Shown here: positions 41,180-50,934 of the stretch, piece after piece
How positions within the stretch are numbered: position 1 is the first letter of the stretch
Layout of the letters: the number at the start of each line of letters is the position of its first letter
Origin: Gemmatimonadaceae bacterium
GTDB taxonomy: Bacteria; Gemmatimonadota; Gemmatimonadetes; Gemmatimonadales; Gemmatimonadaceae
Direction: 5' to 3'
DNA length: 64,000 nucleotides
NCBI GenBank assembly: GCA_045803545.1
Contig: JBJMOW010000005.1
Coordinates: forward strand, 1 to 64,000
Notes under the pieces: model-generated
Database searches by the model: none
Seen by the model: only the letters and a program-made list of their open reading frames with translations
Told to the model about the DNA's origin: nothing
Made by a program: the position numbers and the translations under genes

Positions 41180-42007
41180 TCAGTCGATATCGCGCAACCA
41201 CCCTTCAAAAACGATTCGACCCTCGCCGCGGAGTGACGGAAACCAGGCCTCCTTTTCGCGCCGCAGCGTGACAGTCAGCGGCAATGAAGATCGCGTCCAA
41301 AGGGTCGTCTCCTTCCCCGACTCGCCCCAGTCAGAAAGCATGATCGCGGTCGCAACCGCGCCGGTTCCACAGGCTAGGGTCTCGCCCTCGACGCCGCGTT
41401 CGAAAGTCCGGTAGCTGAAGCCGCCGCCGCGACCTTTGGCGACAAAATTCACGTTCGCTCCATCGCGGAGTGCGGGATGATGCCGGAGCTCAGCGCCGCG
41501 CCCATTGATGTCGATGGTTTCGAGATCCGGCACTTCCACGACCACGTGAGGGACTCCGGCGACTGCATAGCCGAGGCGGGCCTCACCGGTTTTCCGACCG
41601 AGGTCCCCGGCGTCCGGCCGCACCTCGGTTACTGGCTCGAGGTCGACTTCCGGCAGGCCATCGCGGAGCCGAGCTCTTAGAGAGCCTGCTGCGGTATGAA
41701 GGAGAAAACCGGTGGCGGGAGCCATTCCGAGCTCGACCGCGAGACGGGTGCTGCACAGGCTGGCGTTCCCACACAGCGCGGCCTCGGAGCCGTCCGCGTT
41801 ATAGTAGCGCATCCGTACCTCGCCAGAATCGACCGCTTCGACGAAGACGACTCCGTCGGCCCCGACACCTGTCCCGCGGGCCGACAAAGTCTGGATCGTC
41901 GCGGCGTTCTCGACGTCGCGAGCCTGCCCATTCGTCGAGTCGAACACGACGAAGTCATTGCCCGACCCAGTCATTTTGTAAAACGCCCGACCGTCGCCGC
42001 GCGCCAT
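41180..42007 (-). CDS. dapF: Diaminopimelate epimerase
   Basis: Start reassigned to ATG 42007; FYKMTGSGNDF, GADG, CGNA, GVPH, ANVNF, ERGVEGETLACGTG. Confidence 0.93.
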   Translation of the reverse strand: MARGDGRAFYKMTGSGNDFVVFDSTNGQARDVENAATIQTLSARGTGVGADGVVFVEAVDSGEVRMRYYNADGSEAALCGNASLCSTRLAVELGMAPATGFLLHTAAGSLRARLRDGLPEVDLEPVTEVRPDAGDLGRKTGEARLGYAVAGVPHVVVEVPDLETIDINGRGAELRHHPALRDGANVNFVAKGRGGGFSYRTFERGVEGETLACGTGAVATAIMLSDWGESGKETTLWTRSSLPLTVTLRREKEAWFPSLRGEGRIVFEGWLRDID

Positions 42008-42729
42008 CAGATCCTCCCGGTAAGGCCCCACCAGCGCAGGCGCCAGACCATCCAGATCGCCTCCCTCACTACCTTCTTCGACATTTTGCTCACGCCTTCA
42101 GTGCGATCGACGAAGATGATCGGAATCTCGACCAGGCGAAAGCCGCGCTTCCATGCCCTAAAGGACATTTCGATTTGGAACGCGTAACCGTTGGAGCGAA
42201 CTGCGCTTAGGTCAATCGATTCAAGTACGTTCCTTCGAAAGCACTTGAAGCCTGCAGTAGTGTCGAAGAGCGGGAGTCCGGTGACTCCACGGGCGTAAAG
42301 ATTCGCGCAATAGCTGAGAAAAAGCCGGCTCATTGGCCAGTTCACGACGCTGACACGCCCATTTTGGTAGCGCGACCCGTGCACGACGTCGCCGTCCTTG
42401 ATCGCCTCGAGCAGGTCGGGGAGCTTATCAGGACTGTGTGAAAAGTCGGCGTCCATCTCGAAGATGAGGTCGTACTTTCTGGCCAGTGCCCAGCGGAAGC
42501 CGGCGATGTAGGCGGTGCCGAGGCCAAGCTTCGACTCGCGGTGGATAACATGGACGCGGCCGTTGTTGGCGGCGATGGCGTCTACGACGGCACCCGTTCC
42601 GTCAGGCGAGCCGTCGTCCACGATCAGGATCTCGAAGCACGGGTCCTGTGCGAGGATCGCCGGAATGATCCGGGCGACGTTGAACCGTTCGTTGTAGGTC
42701 GGAACGATTACGAGGGCGCGATCAGCCAA
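42007..42729 (-). CDS. Polyprenol monophosphomannose synthase-like GT2 (Ppm1/DPM1 family)
   Basis: Start reassigned to TTG 42729; VPTYNE, DDGSPDGT, GLGTAY..GF, MDADFSH, NGYAFQIE, FVDR..G.SKM. Confidence 0.9.
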   Translation of the reverse strand: MADRALVIVPTYNERFNVARIIPAILAQDPCFEILIVDDGSPDGTGAVVDAIAANNGRVHVIHRESKLGLGTAYIAGFRWALARKYDLIFEMDADFSHSPDKLPDLLEAIKDGDVVHGSRYQNGRVSVVNWPMSRLFLSYCANLYARGVTGLPLFDTTAGFKCFRRNVLESIDLSAVRSNGYAFQIEMSFRAWKRGFRLVEIPIIFVDRTEGVSKMSKKVVREAIWMVWRLRWWGLTGRI

Positions 42730-45142
42730 GGCGTCTCCGATCGCGCCAGGTCCCCCCTGCCAGAATGAAAATGCCGAGTAGAATTGCGACCCACGTGACC
42801 ACCTTGCCTCGCTCGTACGCCGGGCTCGTGAAACGAAGCGATACAGATCGAGCGCCTTGCGGCAGCTTGACGCCAATCATCGAATAATCCACGCGTCCGA
42901 TGTTGGCGGCCTTGCCGTCAATCGTTCCAAGCCAGCCGGGATAGTAGTTCTCGGACACGACCAGTGAAGATCCGGCCGGCGCAGGCGCGCTGAGGTCGAT
43001 GTCAACCTTGCCAGGCGCATAAGATCGAACCCTCGCACTGACTGACGACGCCGCTGGTAGTGCCTGGACGTTTTGCGCGGCAGCGACGCGTGCAGAAGTG
43101 TCGAACAACGCGGCGCGCGCAACGTCAAAGCGCGGATTTAACACAGTCCCCAGAACCTGGTCGTCGGGCGCTTTCACCGCGATTGGGGCCAGCCACGCGT
43201 AAGGGTGCGGGTTGTTGAATCGAAACAGGAATGTCGTATCCCCGGAAGCGTTGACGACCGGCCCCAGCACCCGCGTAAGATTGCCGATAAAAGGAATCTC
43301 TGGAATGTTAGTCAGCAGGTACTGGGTGTTTGTAACCGCCAGTACGTTGGGAGACAACGCCTGCTGCGGATCCGGATAGCCCGTAAGGGTGTTATAGCGG
43401 CCGAGCTGGTTGCCGTGATAGCCCCACACCGTGCGTATCTTTTGCGACATCAATCCATCGCCGCTGAGAAAGACGTCGCGGCCAGGTACGTCGCGCACTT
43501 GTAGGGCTAGTACCCGAGACGGCTGCGAATCCGACTGAAGCGCCGTCGTAATGGCGTCCCCCGCGTAGATCACTTTTGCCGGAGGCGAGAACATCCAATA
43601 GAGGCGCTCGATACTCCACAAGTCGATGGCGGTCACGATGACCAGAGCCCATGCCGCACTCCGCACCGTAAGCTTCCCTCGCGTGTAGCCCAACCAGAGA
43701 GCATCGATCACGGCGACGAACAGCAGCGAGCGCCAAGCCCCGATGAACAGGTCGCGCCCATTGTCCTGCACGCGGTCTACCAGCTGGGGATGCGCAAACG
43801 ATACAGCCACTGTCGAGAGCGCGCCGACCGAAGCGAGCACGGCAATCGAACCGCCGAAGATCAACCAGCCGAGCAAATATCTTTGCGATACGCGCTTCTC
43901 GAGGAACCGTTCGACGCCAGCCGCAACAAGGACGGAAATCGCGAGCGTGCCGACAAACCAGATTGTCGCCGGCGCCCTAAAAAACTTGGTGCCGGGGACA
44001 ATCGCATAGGGGATGTGGTAGAACGGAGTCGCACTACCCAATGACCAGAGCAAGGCGATCACCAGAGCGCCCAACCAGAAATAGATATGCTTTTTTCGTG
44101 GATCCGTTCGGAGACCGATGAATGCCGCGCTGGCCAGCATCAGCACGACTACGCCGATGTAGTCACTGTGCAGGTGAATGCCGTTGATGCCGAAGTACTT
44201 GTTGAGCATTCCTGAGAACTGAGGCAGATAGGCGTTTAACAGCTCGCCTGGCGGCCACGCATAACTGGTGGCGGCGTCGTAATCGCCCAGACCACCCGCA
44301 CGCGGCGACCATTTGACGTACTCACGCACGGGCAAGTACTGCACTGCTCCGATCGCCAGGCCAACAATCACGGCGACCAGAGCCAATCCGAGACGCCTGA
44401 TCGCGACGCTTCCCGGAAGCTTGATTCCGTCGAGCGTCGCAAAGGCCAGAAACAATGCGTAGGCGCCGGACGAGAGCAGCATGTACTGCAGGAGCTGCGG
44501 ATGCGGACTGAGAATGCTGAGTCCGACAATCAGCGCAAAGGCACCCCAGCTCCAGTTCTTTCCGTCTCGAATCCCGCGCTGCAGGAACAGAAGTCCGAGT
44601 GGATAGAGCGCGCTGACGAACAGTTTGCCGTCGTGTCCCGGCGAGACAGCGGATGCTATCTGCCCGCTCATCATGTAAGCGAGGCCCCCGATCAACGCGC
44701 TGTAAAACCCGTAACCGAGGGCACGCAGGAAAACGTAGGTGAAAAGTCCAGCGAGGAAAATGTGGATGATGAACCCCCACGTCATCGCGACGTCGGTTGG
44801 CATGAGCATCCGCAGCAGGAACGTCGGATAGAAAATGTCACCGTGCATCGCAGCGATGTACGGCATTCCGCCGAACAGGTAAGGTTCCCACAGCGGAAAA
44901 TGACCGGTCGCACGCAAGGTGCTGGCGGCGAACTCGCGGAAGGCATAGCCCGCGACGTACTGGTCGCTGTGTGGGTTGACGAGGAACTGCCCGCCAAGTG
45001 CGGGATAGCCGAGGATCAACACTGCCAGCAGATAAACCAGGGCGGCCCACGCCAACGCGAAACGCGGCGCTGGGGGCGCCGCGGTCTGTTCGATCGTGTT
45101 TGTTTGCTGCCGACCCTGAGACTTCTCTCGAGGTTGAGCCAT
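42722..45142 (-). CDS. YfhO-like polytopic membrane protein (GT-C fold glycosyltransferase candidate)
   Basis: Start reassigned to ATG 45142; PLWEPYLFGGMP, FYP, more than 10 TM segments, C-terminal LVVSENYYPGW motif and final TM. Confidence 0.8.
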   Translation of the reverse strand: MAQPREKSQGRQQTNTIEQTAAPPAPRFALAWAALVYLLAVLILGYPALGGQFLVNPHSDQYVAGYAFREFAASTLRATGHFPLWEPYLFGGMPYIAAMHGDIFYPTFLLRMLMPTDVAMTWGFIIHIFLAGLFTYVFLRALGYGFYSALIGGLAYMMSGQIASAVSPGHDGKLFVSALYPLGLLFLQRGIRDGKNWSWGAFALIVGLSILSPHPQLLQYMLLSSGAYALFLAFATLDGIKLPGSVAIRRLGLALVAVIVGLAIGAVQYLPVREYVKWSPRAGGLGDYDAATSYAWPPGELLNAYLPQFSGMLNKYFGINGIHLHSDYIGVVVLMLASAAFIGLRTDPRKKHIYFWLGALVIALLWSLGSATPFYHIPYAIVPGTKFFRAPATIWFVGTLAISVLVAAGVERFLEKRVSQRYLLGWLIFGGSIAVLASVGALSTVAVSFAHPQLVDRVQDNGRDLFIGAWRSLLFVAVIDALWLGYTRGKLTVRSAAWALVIVTAIDLWSIERLYWMFSPPAKVIYAGDAITTALQSDSQPSRVLALQVRDVPGRDVFLSGDGLMSQKIRTVWGYHGNQLGRYNTLTGYPDPQQALSPNVLAVTNTQYLLTNIPEIPFIGNLTRVLGPVVNASGDTTFLFRFNNPHPYAWLAPIAVKAPDDQVLGTVLNPRFDVARAALFDTSARVAAAQNVQALPAASSVSARVRSYAPGKVDIDLSAPAPAGSSLVVSENYYPGWLGTIDGKAANIGRVDYSMIGVKLPQGARSVSLRFTSPAYERGKVVTWVAILLGIFILAGGTWRDRRRLG

Positions 45143-45147
45143 GCCTG

Positions 45148-46077
45148 TCAGTTCGGAAGTGATCTGCGTGTCGTGCCCGCGGCAATATACAACGCACTGG
45201 GCACTAACTCGACGACCGTCAGCCACAATCTGGCCGCCAGCGCGACGAACGCCGCATCCGCTTCGGTGGCGAGACCCAATTGCGTCATGAATGCGGCCAA
45301 CGTGAACTCCCGGACCCCCAGGCCGGCTGGCGCGATCGGCGAGATAAAGCCCAGAATGTATGCTGCGATGTAGACAGCGATGTACGACGCAGTCTCACCG
45401 TTGGCGCTTCCCAATACCGCCCGAACAAAAAACTGGAAGGCGACGCCGTAGAACAGCCACGAAACGCTGCTGGTGACGCTGGCAATCCAGATGCTCGTCG
45501 GCGGAATCGTTGGCGGACTCACTTCCCTGCCGATGAGTCCAGCGATCCACTTCACCAGCGGTGGCAGAAAACGCGGCGCCGTCACCAAAAGGACGACCAG
45601 CAACACGACCGTTAGTCCAACGAGTAGCGGCTGGCCAAGAAGTTTCGCACCGGTGACCAGGACGATCGCGGTTCCTGTCGCCAGACTTACCGTTTGCATG
45701 ATGACCGATGAACCGGCGGCCGCCATCCCCGACAAGCCGCGACGCCGCGCCATCACTCCCATCGCCGTCAGCGACCAAATGTTGCCCGGGACGTATTTGC
45801 CGAGATTCGATAAAAACCAGATCCGCGCCGCGTCGGTGAACGGTAGATGCGAATCCCAGGCAACCAGTACGCGGCGCCATCCTTCGATCAGCAGTACGTA
45901 GGATGCGAGAACGAGAACGGTGGCCGCTGAAATCCACGACCATTGAAAATGGAGGTGGCTAAGCCGTGTTCCGACCTTGTCCCATTGACCGATGAGCGAG
46001 CGCGCCGCGAAAAACAAAACGGCCGCCGCGAAAACCCACTGGGCAATCCTGAAAAGGTTACGACGCGTTACCGCCAA
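45148..46077 (-). CDS. Lysylphosphatidylglycerol-synthase TM-region (flippase-like, UPF0104) protein
   Basis: Start reassigned to TTG 46077; SNLGKYVPG, PAGLGVRE; about 8 TM segments. Confidence 0.82.
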   Translation of the reverse strand: MAVTRRNLFRIAQWVFAAAVLFFAARSLIGQWDKVGTRLSHLHFQWSWISAATVLVLASYVLLIEGWRRVLVAWDSHLPFTDAARIWFLSNLGKYVPGNIWSLTAMGVMARRRGLSGMAAAGSSVIMQTVSLATGTAIVLVTGAKLLGQPLLVGLTVVLLVVLLVTAPRFLPPLVKWIAGLIGREVSPPTIPPTSIWIASVTSSVSWLFYGVAFQFFVRAVLGSANGETASYIAVYIAAYILGFISPIAPAGLGVREFTLAAFMTQLGLATEADAAFVALAARLWLTVVELVPSALYIAAGTTRRSLPN

Positions 46078-47224
46078 GCACTTGCCGGTAAATCTCGGCG
46101 TACCGTCGCGCTGCCGATTCAGGCGCAAACGTCGAGAGTGCGTAAAGGCGGCCTGCCTTGCCCAGCTGTGCCCCGCGACCGTCCCGCGACAAGAGATCAT
46201 CGAGGGTCCTGGCGAGCGACGCGCGATCACCGGGAGGAACAAGTAGTCCCGTCTTCTCGTGCTGTATCACATCGCGGAGGCCGCCCGAGTCAAACGCGAC
46301 AACCGGGGCCTCGCAAAGGAGCGCTTCGACGGCAGTGAGCCCCAGGCCTTCTTCGACAGAGGGCACGACGACCGCTGCCGCCTGCCTGTACAGCTCAGGA
46401 AGCGCTGTTTGCGCCACCTGTCCATGCCATCGGACGCGAGACGTAAGTCCCAGATCGAGCGCCATTCGCACCAGATCCTCGCGGTCCGGACCGTCGCCAA
46501 CAATGTCGAGCGAAGCCGGTGTTTTCATTCCGGCAAGCGCGTGAAGCAGATGGTCGACGCCCTTCTGCTGATTCAGTCTGCCAACGAACAACAACCGTTG
46601 CCCATCACGCGAATCGCCAGGCTCAAACAGCTCCGTCGAAACCGGCATCGGCGCGACGACCGGTCGCACACCGGGAACGAGCGCCTGCGTTTCGTCCTTG
46701 AGCCAACGGGACACCGTCGTCACCGCCGCGGAGTGCTTGAGAACGTGCGAGAAAAGCGGCTTCGCCACACCCACCGAGCGCGCCAGTCGAACATCGGTGC
46801 CGTGCAGCGTGGTCACTAGTGGGACATGCGACAAACCGCGAACCCAGGTTCCTACGACGCCGCTTGGAAACCACCAGTGCGCGTGGAGGATATCCGGCTC
46901 GAAGCTTCGGCGCGCGCGCACGGCGTGTACGAAATCGGAGCCGAGGAATCCGACGAGCGCAAGCTTGGCGGTCCATGACGAAGCTACATCGTTTGCCATG
47001 TTGCCCGTGTAGGCGAGACTCTCGTAGCGGCGTGGTGCGTACCTGAATCGCTCGACGGGTACTCCCTCGAGTACTTCGGCTGTTGGTAATCCCGCTCCAG
47101 CCGGCGCAACCACACGAACGTTGATTCCCTCTTCACGCAGCGCCACGGCGAGCCGGAGGATGAATGAGCCCGCAGCGTCTCCCTCTTCCTGCGGGAAGGA
47201 GTGCGTCAGAAAAAGGACGTTCAT
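46058..47224 (-). CDS. Glycosyltransferase family 4
   Basis: Start reassigned to ATG 47224; HAHWW.P.G, FVGRL..KG, EGLGL..VEA (EX7E). Confidence 0.9.
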   Translation of the reverse strand: MNVLFLTHSFPQEEGDAAGSFILRLAVALREEGINVRVVAPAGAGLPTAEVLEGVPVERFRYAPRRYESLAYTGNMANDVASSWTAKLALVGFLGSDFVHAVRARRSFEPDILHAHWWFPSGVVGTWVRGLSHVPLVTTLHGTDVRLARSVGVAKPLFSHVLKHSAAVTTVSRWLKDETQALVPGVRPVVAPMPVSTELFEPGDSRDGQRLLFVGRLNQQKGVDHLLHALAGMKTPASLDIVGDGPDREDLVRMALDLGLTSRVRWHGQVAQTALPELYRQAAAVVVPSVEEGLGLTAVEALLCEAPVVAFDSGGLRDVIQHEKTGLLVPPGDRASLARTLDDLLSRDGRGAQLGKAGRLYALSTFAPESAARRYAEIYRQVLGGNAS

Positions 47225-47228
47225 TTTT

Positions 47229-48248
47229 TCAGCTGTCGGACGGTTCGCGTTCGCGCGACAGATCTTCAATGCGCGACCGCAACTGACTGAGCTCGGCGCG
47301 TTGAGCCGCGATCAGCTCGCCAAGCAAACCGGTAGCGAAAAACACGCTGCCGACGGTGACGCACGTCTCGACAAGATTGACCAGCGGCCGGAAGCCAACC
47401 CCGCCGATCACACGCCAAAGAATGGCGACGATACCCACTATCACACCGATGATGAACAGGACGGCGCCGAGGACACCGAATAGCAGCAGCGGCTTGCGGG
47501 CGAAGCGGAGCTCGAACCACACCGCGAGCATGTCCAGCACCCCGACCGGGATGCGACCAATGCCGAACTTCGATTGACCTGCGTTGCGGGGATAGAGAGG
47601 CACCGGAACCTCCGAGACCAGAAACCCACTGGCTGATGCCATCACGACCATGTAGCGATGCCAATCAGGACGATTGGGAAGCGCGTCCATCACTTCGCGT
47701 CGATATGCCTTCACGGAGTTGAGGTCGCGGACCCTCACGTGAAAGAGCGAGCGGCTAAGGCGGTTATAAATCCCGGAGACAAAAGCCTTCTCGTACTTCC
47801 CTTCCTTATAGCCGGCGACCATGTCGGATTCGCCGGCCAGAATCGGAGCGACGATTCGGGGAATGTCTTCGGGCTTGTACTGGAGGTCGGCGGGGTAGAA
47901 CACGAGCACCGATCCGCGCGAGTGCAGATAACCGGTGCGTAAGGCGTCGGCGATTCCGCGTCGCTGCGCGTGCCGAGCAGCGCGCAAAAACGGGAATTTC
48001 GCCGTCAGCTGCTGCAGCACGTTCCACGTGTCGTCGACCGATCCATCGTCGATGACGACGACCTCGTATCGGTGCGCAGCATTCTGAAATGCGGCCGCTG
48101 CCTGCTCCATGAAAAGAGGCAGATTCACGGCTTCGTCCTTGGCTGGGACGAGAACACTTACGTCGGGGCGACCAGCCACCGGCTGAAGCGATTGGCCGCT
48201 TGTGAATCGCTGCGCCCCCGCCGCTTCAGCCCGTGACGGCGACGTCAT
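47229..48248 (-). CDS. Glycosyltransferase family 2 with two C-terminal TM helices (ArnC/GtrB-like)
   Basis: VPAKDE, DDGSVD, ADLQY.PEDIP, R.AG.SKFG, C-terminal hydrophobic hairpin. Confidence 0.87.
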   Translation of the reverse strand: MTSPSRAEAAGAQRFTSGQSLQPVAGRPDVSVLVPAKDEAVNLPLFMEQAAAAFQNAAHRYEVVVIDDGSVDDTWNVLQQLTAKFPFLRAARHAQRRGIADALRTGYLHSRGSVLVFYPADLQYKPEDIPRIVAPILAGESDMVAGYKEGKYEKAFVSGIYNRLSRSLFHVRVRDLNSVKAYRREVMDALPNRPDWHRYMVVMASASGFLVSEVPVPLYPRNAGQSKFGIGRIPVGVLDMLAVWFELRFARKPLLLFGVLGAVLFIIGVIVGIVAILWRVIGGVGFRPLVNLVETCVTVGSVFFATGLLGELIAAQRAELSQLRSRIEDLSREREPSDS

Positions 48249-49711
48249 ACGCGCTTGCGCATCCTCGCCGACAAGACACCAAGCTGATCGCGATATTTGG
48301 CGACGGTACGCCGCGCGATCTGGACCCCGCTCTCGCGCAGAATGTTGACGATCGCCTGGTCGGTGAGCGGATGCCGTGGATCCTCTTCCTGCACCAGCTT
48401 CTGAAGCTGCGCTTTGATGCCGCGCGCCGAGACGTCCTCGCCGTCGGACGTGGCAAGACCGGAGGAAAAGAAAAACTTCAGCGGCAGCACGCCGCGCGGC
48501 GTCTGCACGAACTTCTCGTTGGTGACGCGACTAACCGTCGACTCGTGCATGTTGATCACTTCGGCGACTTCGCGCAGCGTCAACGGCTTGAGGTGTTGAA
48601 TTCCCTTCTCGAAGAACTCGCGTTGCCGTTCGACGATGTAGTTCATCACCTTGAGCATGGTCTGGCGGCGTTGCTCGATCGCCTGGATCATCCAGTTCGC
48701 CGAGTTGAGCTTGTTGGAGATGAACTCCTTGTTCTCACCGTCGAATTTCTTCTTGTCCCGGGCGATCTCCTGATAAGCGCGGCTCAGCTTGAGGCGCGGG
48801 AGATTGGCGTCGTTCAGGAAGACGTGATACTTGTCGTCGATCTTTTCGACGATCAGATCCGGAATGATGTAGTTGTCGTCACGAGAGCCGAACTGCAATC
48901 CCGGTTTGGGATCCAACTTTGCGATTTCGTCGGCCGCTTTCTGGACGTCGGTAGCGCTGATGCCGAAGCGCTTGGAGATCTCGCTCCAGCGGTGGTTGAT
49001 CAGCTCTTCAAAGCAATCGCGAACGAGCCGATAAGGAACTGACTGCTCGAGGCCCGATTCCTTGAGCTGAAGCAACAGGCACTCGCGAAGATCACGGGCG
49101 CCGACGCCCGGCGGATCAAGGCTCTGAATCGTCGTCAGCATCCGGTCGCCTTCCTCGCTGGTGTAGAGCGGAAGGTTGTCAATATCGCGACCCGCGCTTT
49201 CAGCGCTCTTGGTGACGACGTCGTTCAGAGTGACGATGATATCTTCAAGACTACAAGCGAGATAGCCGTCGTCGTTGACGTTACCTATGAACTCGTCGGC
49301 GAGCACGGTCTCGCGCGGAGTCAGCTCGAGCAGGCTCACCTGATCGCGCAGGTGATCGCTCAGGTCGCGCGACGCGACGGTGACCGGCTCGAAGTACTCC
49401 TTCTCTTCGTGTTCTTCGCGCCGACCGCCAGCGGTGTCGAAACCGTCGAGGAGAATCTCCTCCCAATCAATCTCTCCCGTCCGCTCGTCTTCAGCTTCGG
49501 TCTGGGTCTGTTCGACCTCCGTTTCCTGCTCTTCCTCTTCTTCCTCCTCGGCTTCGACCAGGTCGAGGAAAGGATTGTTCAACAGCTCCTGCTTGAGGTG
49601 CTGCTGAAGGTCGAGCAGCGGCATGTAGAGCAGATCCATCGCCTGGTAAAGGCGAGGATTGATCTTGAGCTCCTGCCGGAGCTGGGTGGATTGATTAAGT
49701 CCTGGCTTCAC
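48245..49711 (-). CDS. rpoN: RNA polymerase sigma-54 factor
   Basis: Q/L-rich region I, DP.GVGARDL.ECL, HESTVSR, RpoN box ARRTVAKYR. Confidence 0.96.
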   Translation of the reverse strand: MKPGLNQSTQLRQELKINPRLYQAMDLLYMPLLDLQQHLKQELLNNPFLDLVEAEEEEEEEQETEVEQTQTEAEDERTGEIDWEEILLDGFDTAGGRREEHEEKEYFEPVTVASRDLSDHLRDQVSLLELTPRETVLADEFIGNVNDDGYLACSLEDIIVTLNDVVTKSAESAGRDIDNLPLYTSEEGDRMLTTIQSLDPPGVGARDLRECLLLQLKESGLEQSVPYRLVRDCFEELINHRWSEISKRFGISATDVQKAADEIAKLDPKPGLQFGSRDDNYIIPDLIVEKIDDKYHVFLNDANLPRLKLSRAYQEIARDKKKFDGENKEFISNKLNSANWMIQAIEQRRQTMLKVMNYIVERQREFFEKGIQHLKPLTLREVAEVINMHESTVSRVTNEKFVQTPRGVLPLKFFFSSGLATSDGEDVSARGIKAQLQKLVQEEDPRHPLTDQAIVNILRESGVQIARRTVAKYRDQLGVLSARMRKRV

Positions 49712-50934
49712 GCGACTGCGCCGTCGGGTTTCTCGCGCGAGAAGCGCTCGCGGAGCCGGGCCGTGAGGGTCGGGCCAAGGTAGATATCTGCCACTTTGTC
49801 GTCAAAAACGAGATCGCGAACGGTGCCGGAAACGGTGACCTGCCCATCGTACATAATGTACGCGCGGTCCACGATGTCGAGGGTCTGCTCCACGTTGTGA
49901 TCGCTGATCAGGACACCAATTCCCCGATGCCGCAACCCGGCCACAATCGTTTGAATGTCGTGGACCGCAATCGGATCAACGCCCGCAAATGGCTCGTCAA
50001 GCATCATGAACTTGGGATCAGTCACGAGAGCTCTGGTGATCTCGAGTCTCCGCCGTTCCCCACCCGACAGCGCGTAAGCCTTGCTATGGCGAAGCCGCTT
50101 GATGCTGAGCTCATCGAGCAGCCGTTCCAGGCGCTCTGAGCGCTCGGCGGACGAGATCGGAAGTGTTTCCAGGATTGCAAGAATGTTGTCTTCGACCGAT
50201 AGCTTTCTGAAAATCGAAGGTTCCTGTGAAAGATAACCGATACCTCTTCGCGCCCGCTCATACATCGCCAGCTTTGTGATGTCCTGACCGTCCAGCACAA
50301 TTCTCCCGGTCAGCGGCTGGATGAGACCGACGATCATGTAGAAGGTCGTCGTTTTCCCAGCGCCATTGGGCCCGAGGAGCCCGACGATTTCACCCTGCTG
50401 CAGACTAAGCGCGACATCATTTACGACTTTTCGACCCCGGTAGATTTTGGTGAGCCCCGCCGCCTCCAGTTTGCTGCCACCAATGAGAGAAGGTCGCGGC
50501 GGAGTCGACAAGGAGAGTCGGGAATGCTCGCCCGTCTCCCGCATTGCCTCGGCGAACTCACTGCGATAAGGGGCAATGTCACGCCAGAGCTTAGGCGAAA
50601 ACCGGACCGTTGCGACATCGCGCTCCAAATCCCCATCGACAGGGAGAATGATCCCCCGCTCGGCGAGCCGCGGCAGGATGGAATTGGTGATGAAGCCGCG
50701 AACCTCGTCGTGACCGAGCCGGCCCGCCTCGCGCTCAGCATCGGAGCCTTTAGCGCGCAGGGCACGCAGGTAATCGTCGCGATAATTCGCGGCGATGTCG
50801 CGGACCTTGGCAACGCCTTCATCATCGGAGGCGCGGACGATGGCGTGGATTGCCAACCCGTCGACCTGCTGGTTCTGGGATGGACCGCCGATCAGCGAAC
50901 GGACGCTCTCCGGCAGTCGCTCGAAATCGCTCAT
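49708..50934 (-). CDS. lptB: LPS export ABC ATPase LptB with an ~150-aa N-terminal extra domain
   Basis: GPNGAGKTTTFY, GYLSQE.SIFRKL, LSGGERRRLEI, LDEPFAGVDP, DHNV; ATG overlaps the lptA stop. Confidence 0.93.
   Translation of the reverse strand: MSDFERLPESVRSLIGGPSQNQQVDGLAIHAIVRASDDEGVAKVRDIAANYRDDYLRALRAKGSDAEREAGRLGHDEVRGFITNSILPRLAERGIILPVDGDLERDVATVRFSPKLWRDIAPYRSEFAEAMRETGEHSRLSLSTPPRPSLIGGSKLEAAGLTKIYRGRKVVNDVALSLQQGEIVGLLGPNGAGKTTTFYMIVGLIQPLTGRIVLDGQDITKLAMYERARRGIGYLSQEPSIFRKLSVEDNILAILETLPISSAERSERLERLLDELSIKRLRHSKAYALSGGERRRLEITRALVTDPKFMMLDEPFAGVDPIAVHDIQTIVAGLRHRGIGVLISDHNVEQTLDIVDRAYIMYDGQVTVSGTVRDLVFDDKVADIYLGPTLTARLRERFSREKPDGAVA

Noticed and set aside
40138..41180. tRNA-Arg(CCT) or dif as an integration site for an island or prophage
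   Set aside because: I saw no duplicated tRNA 3' end or second dif, no phage or plasmid genes, and the flanks are housekeeping genes.
40980..41180. AT-rich gap with DnaA-like boxes as oriC
   Set aside because: Genes and the rRNA operon converge on it rather than diverge, a dif site is present, and there is no dnaA/dnaN nearby; kept only as a dif-adjacent motif finding.
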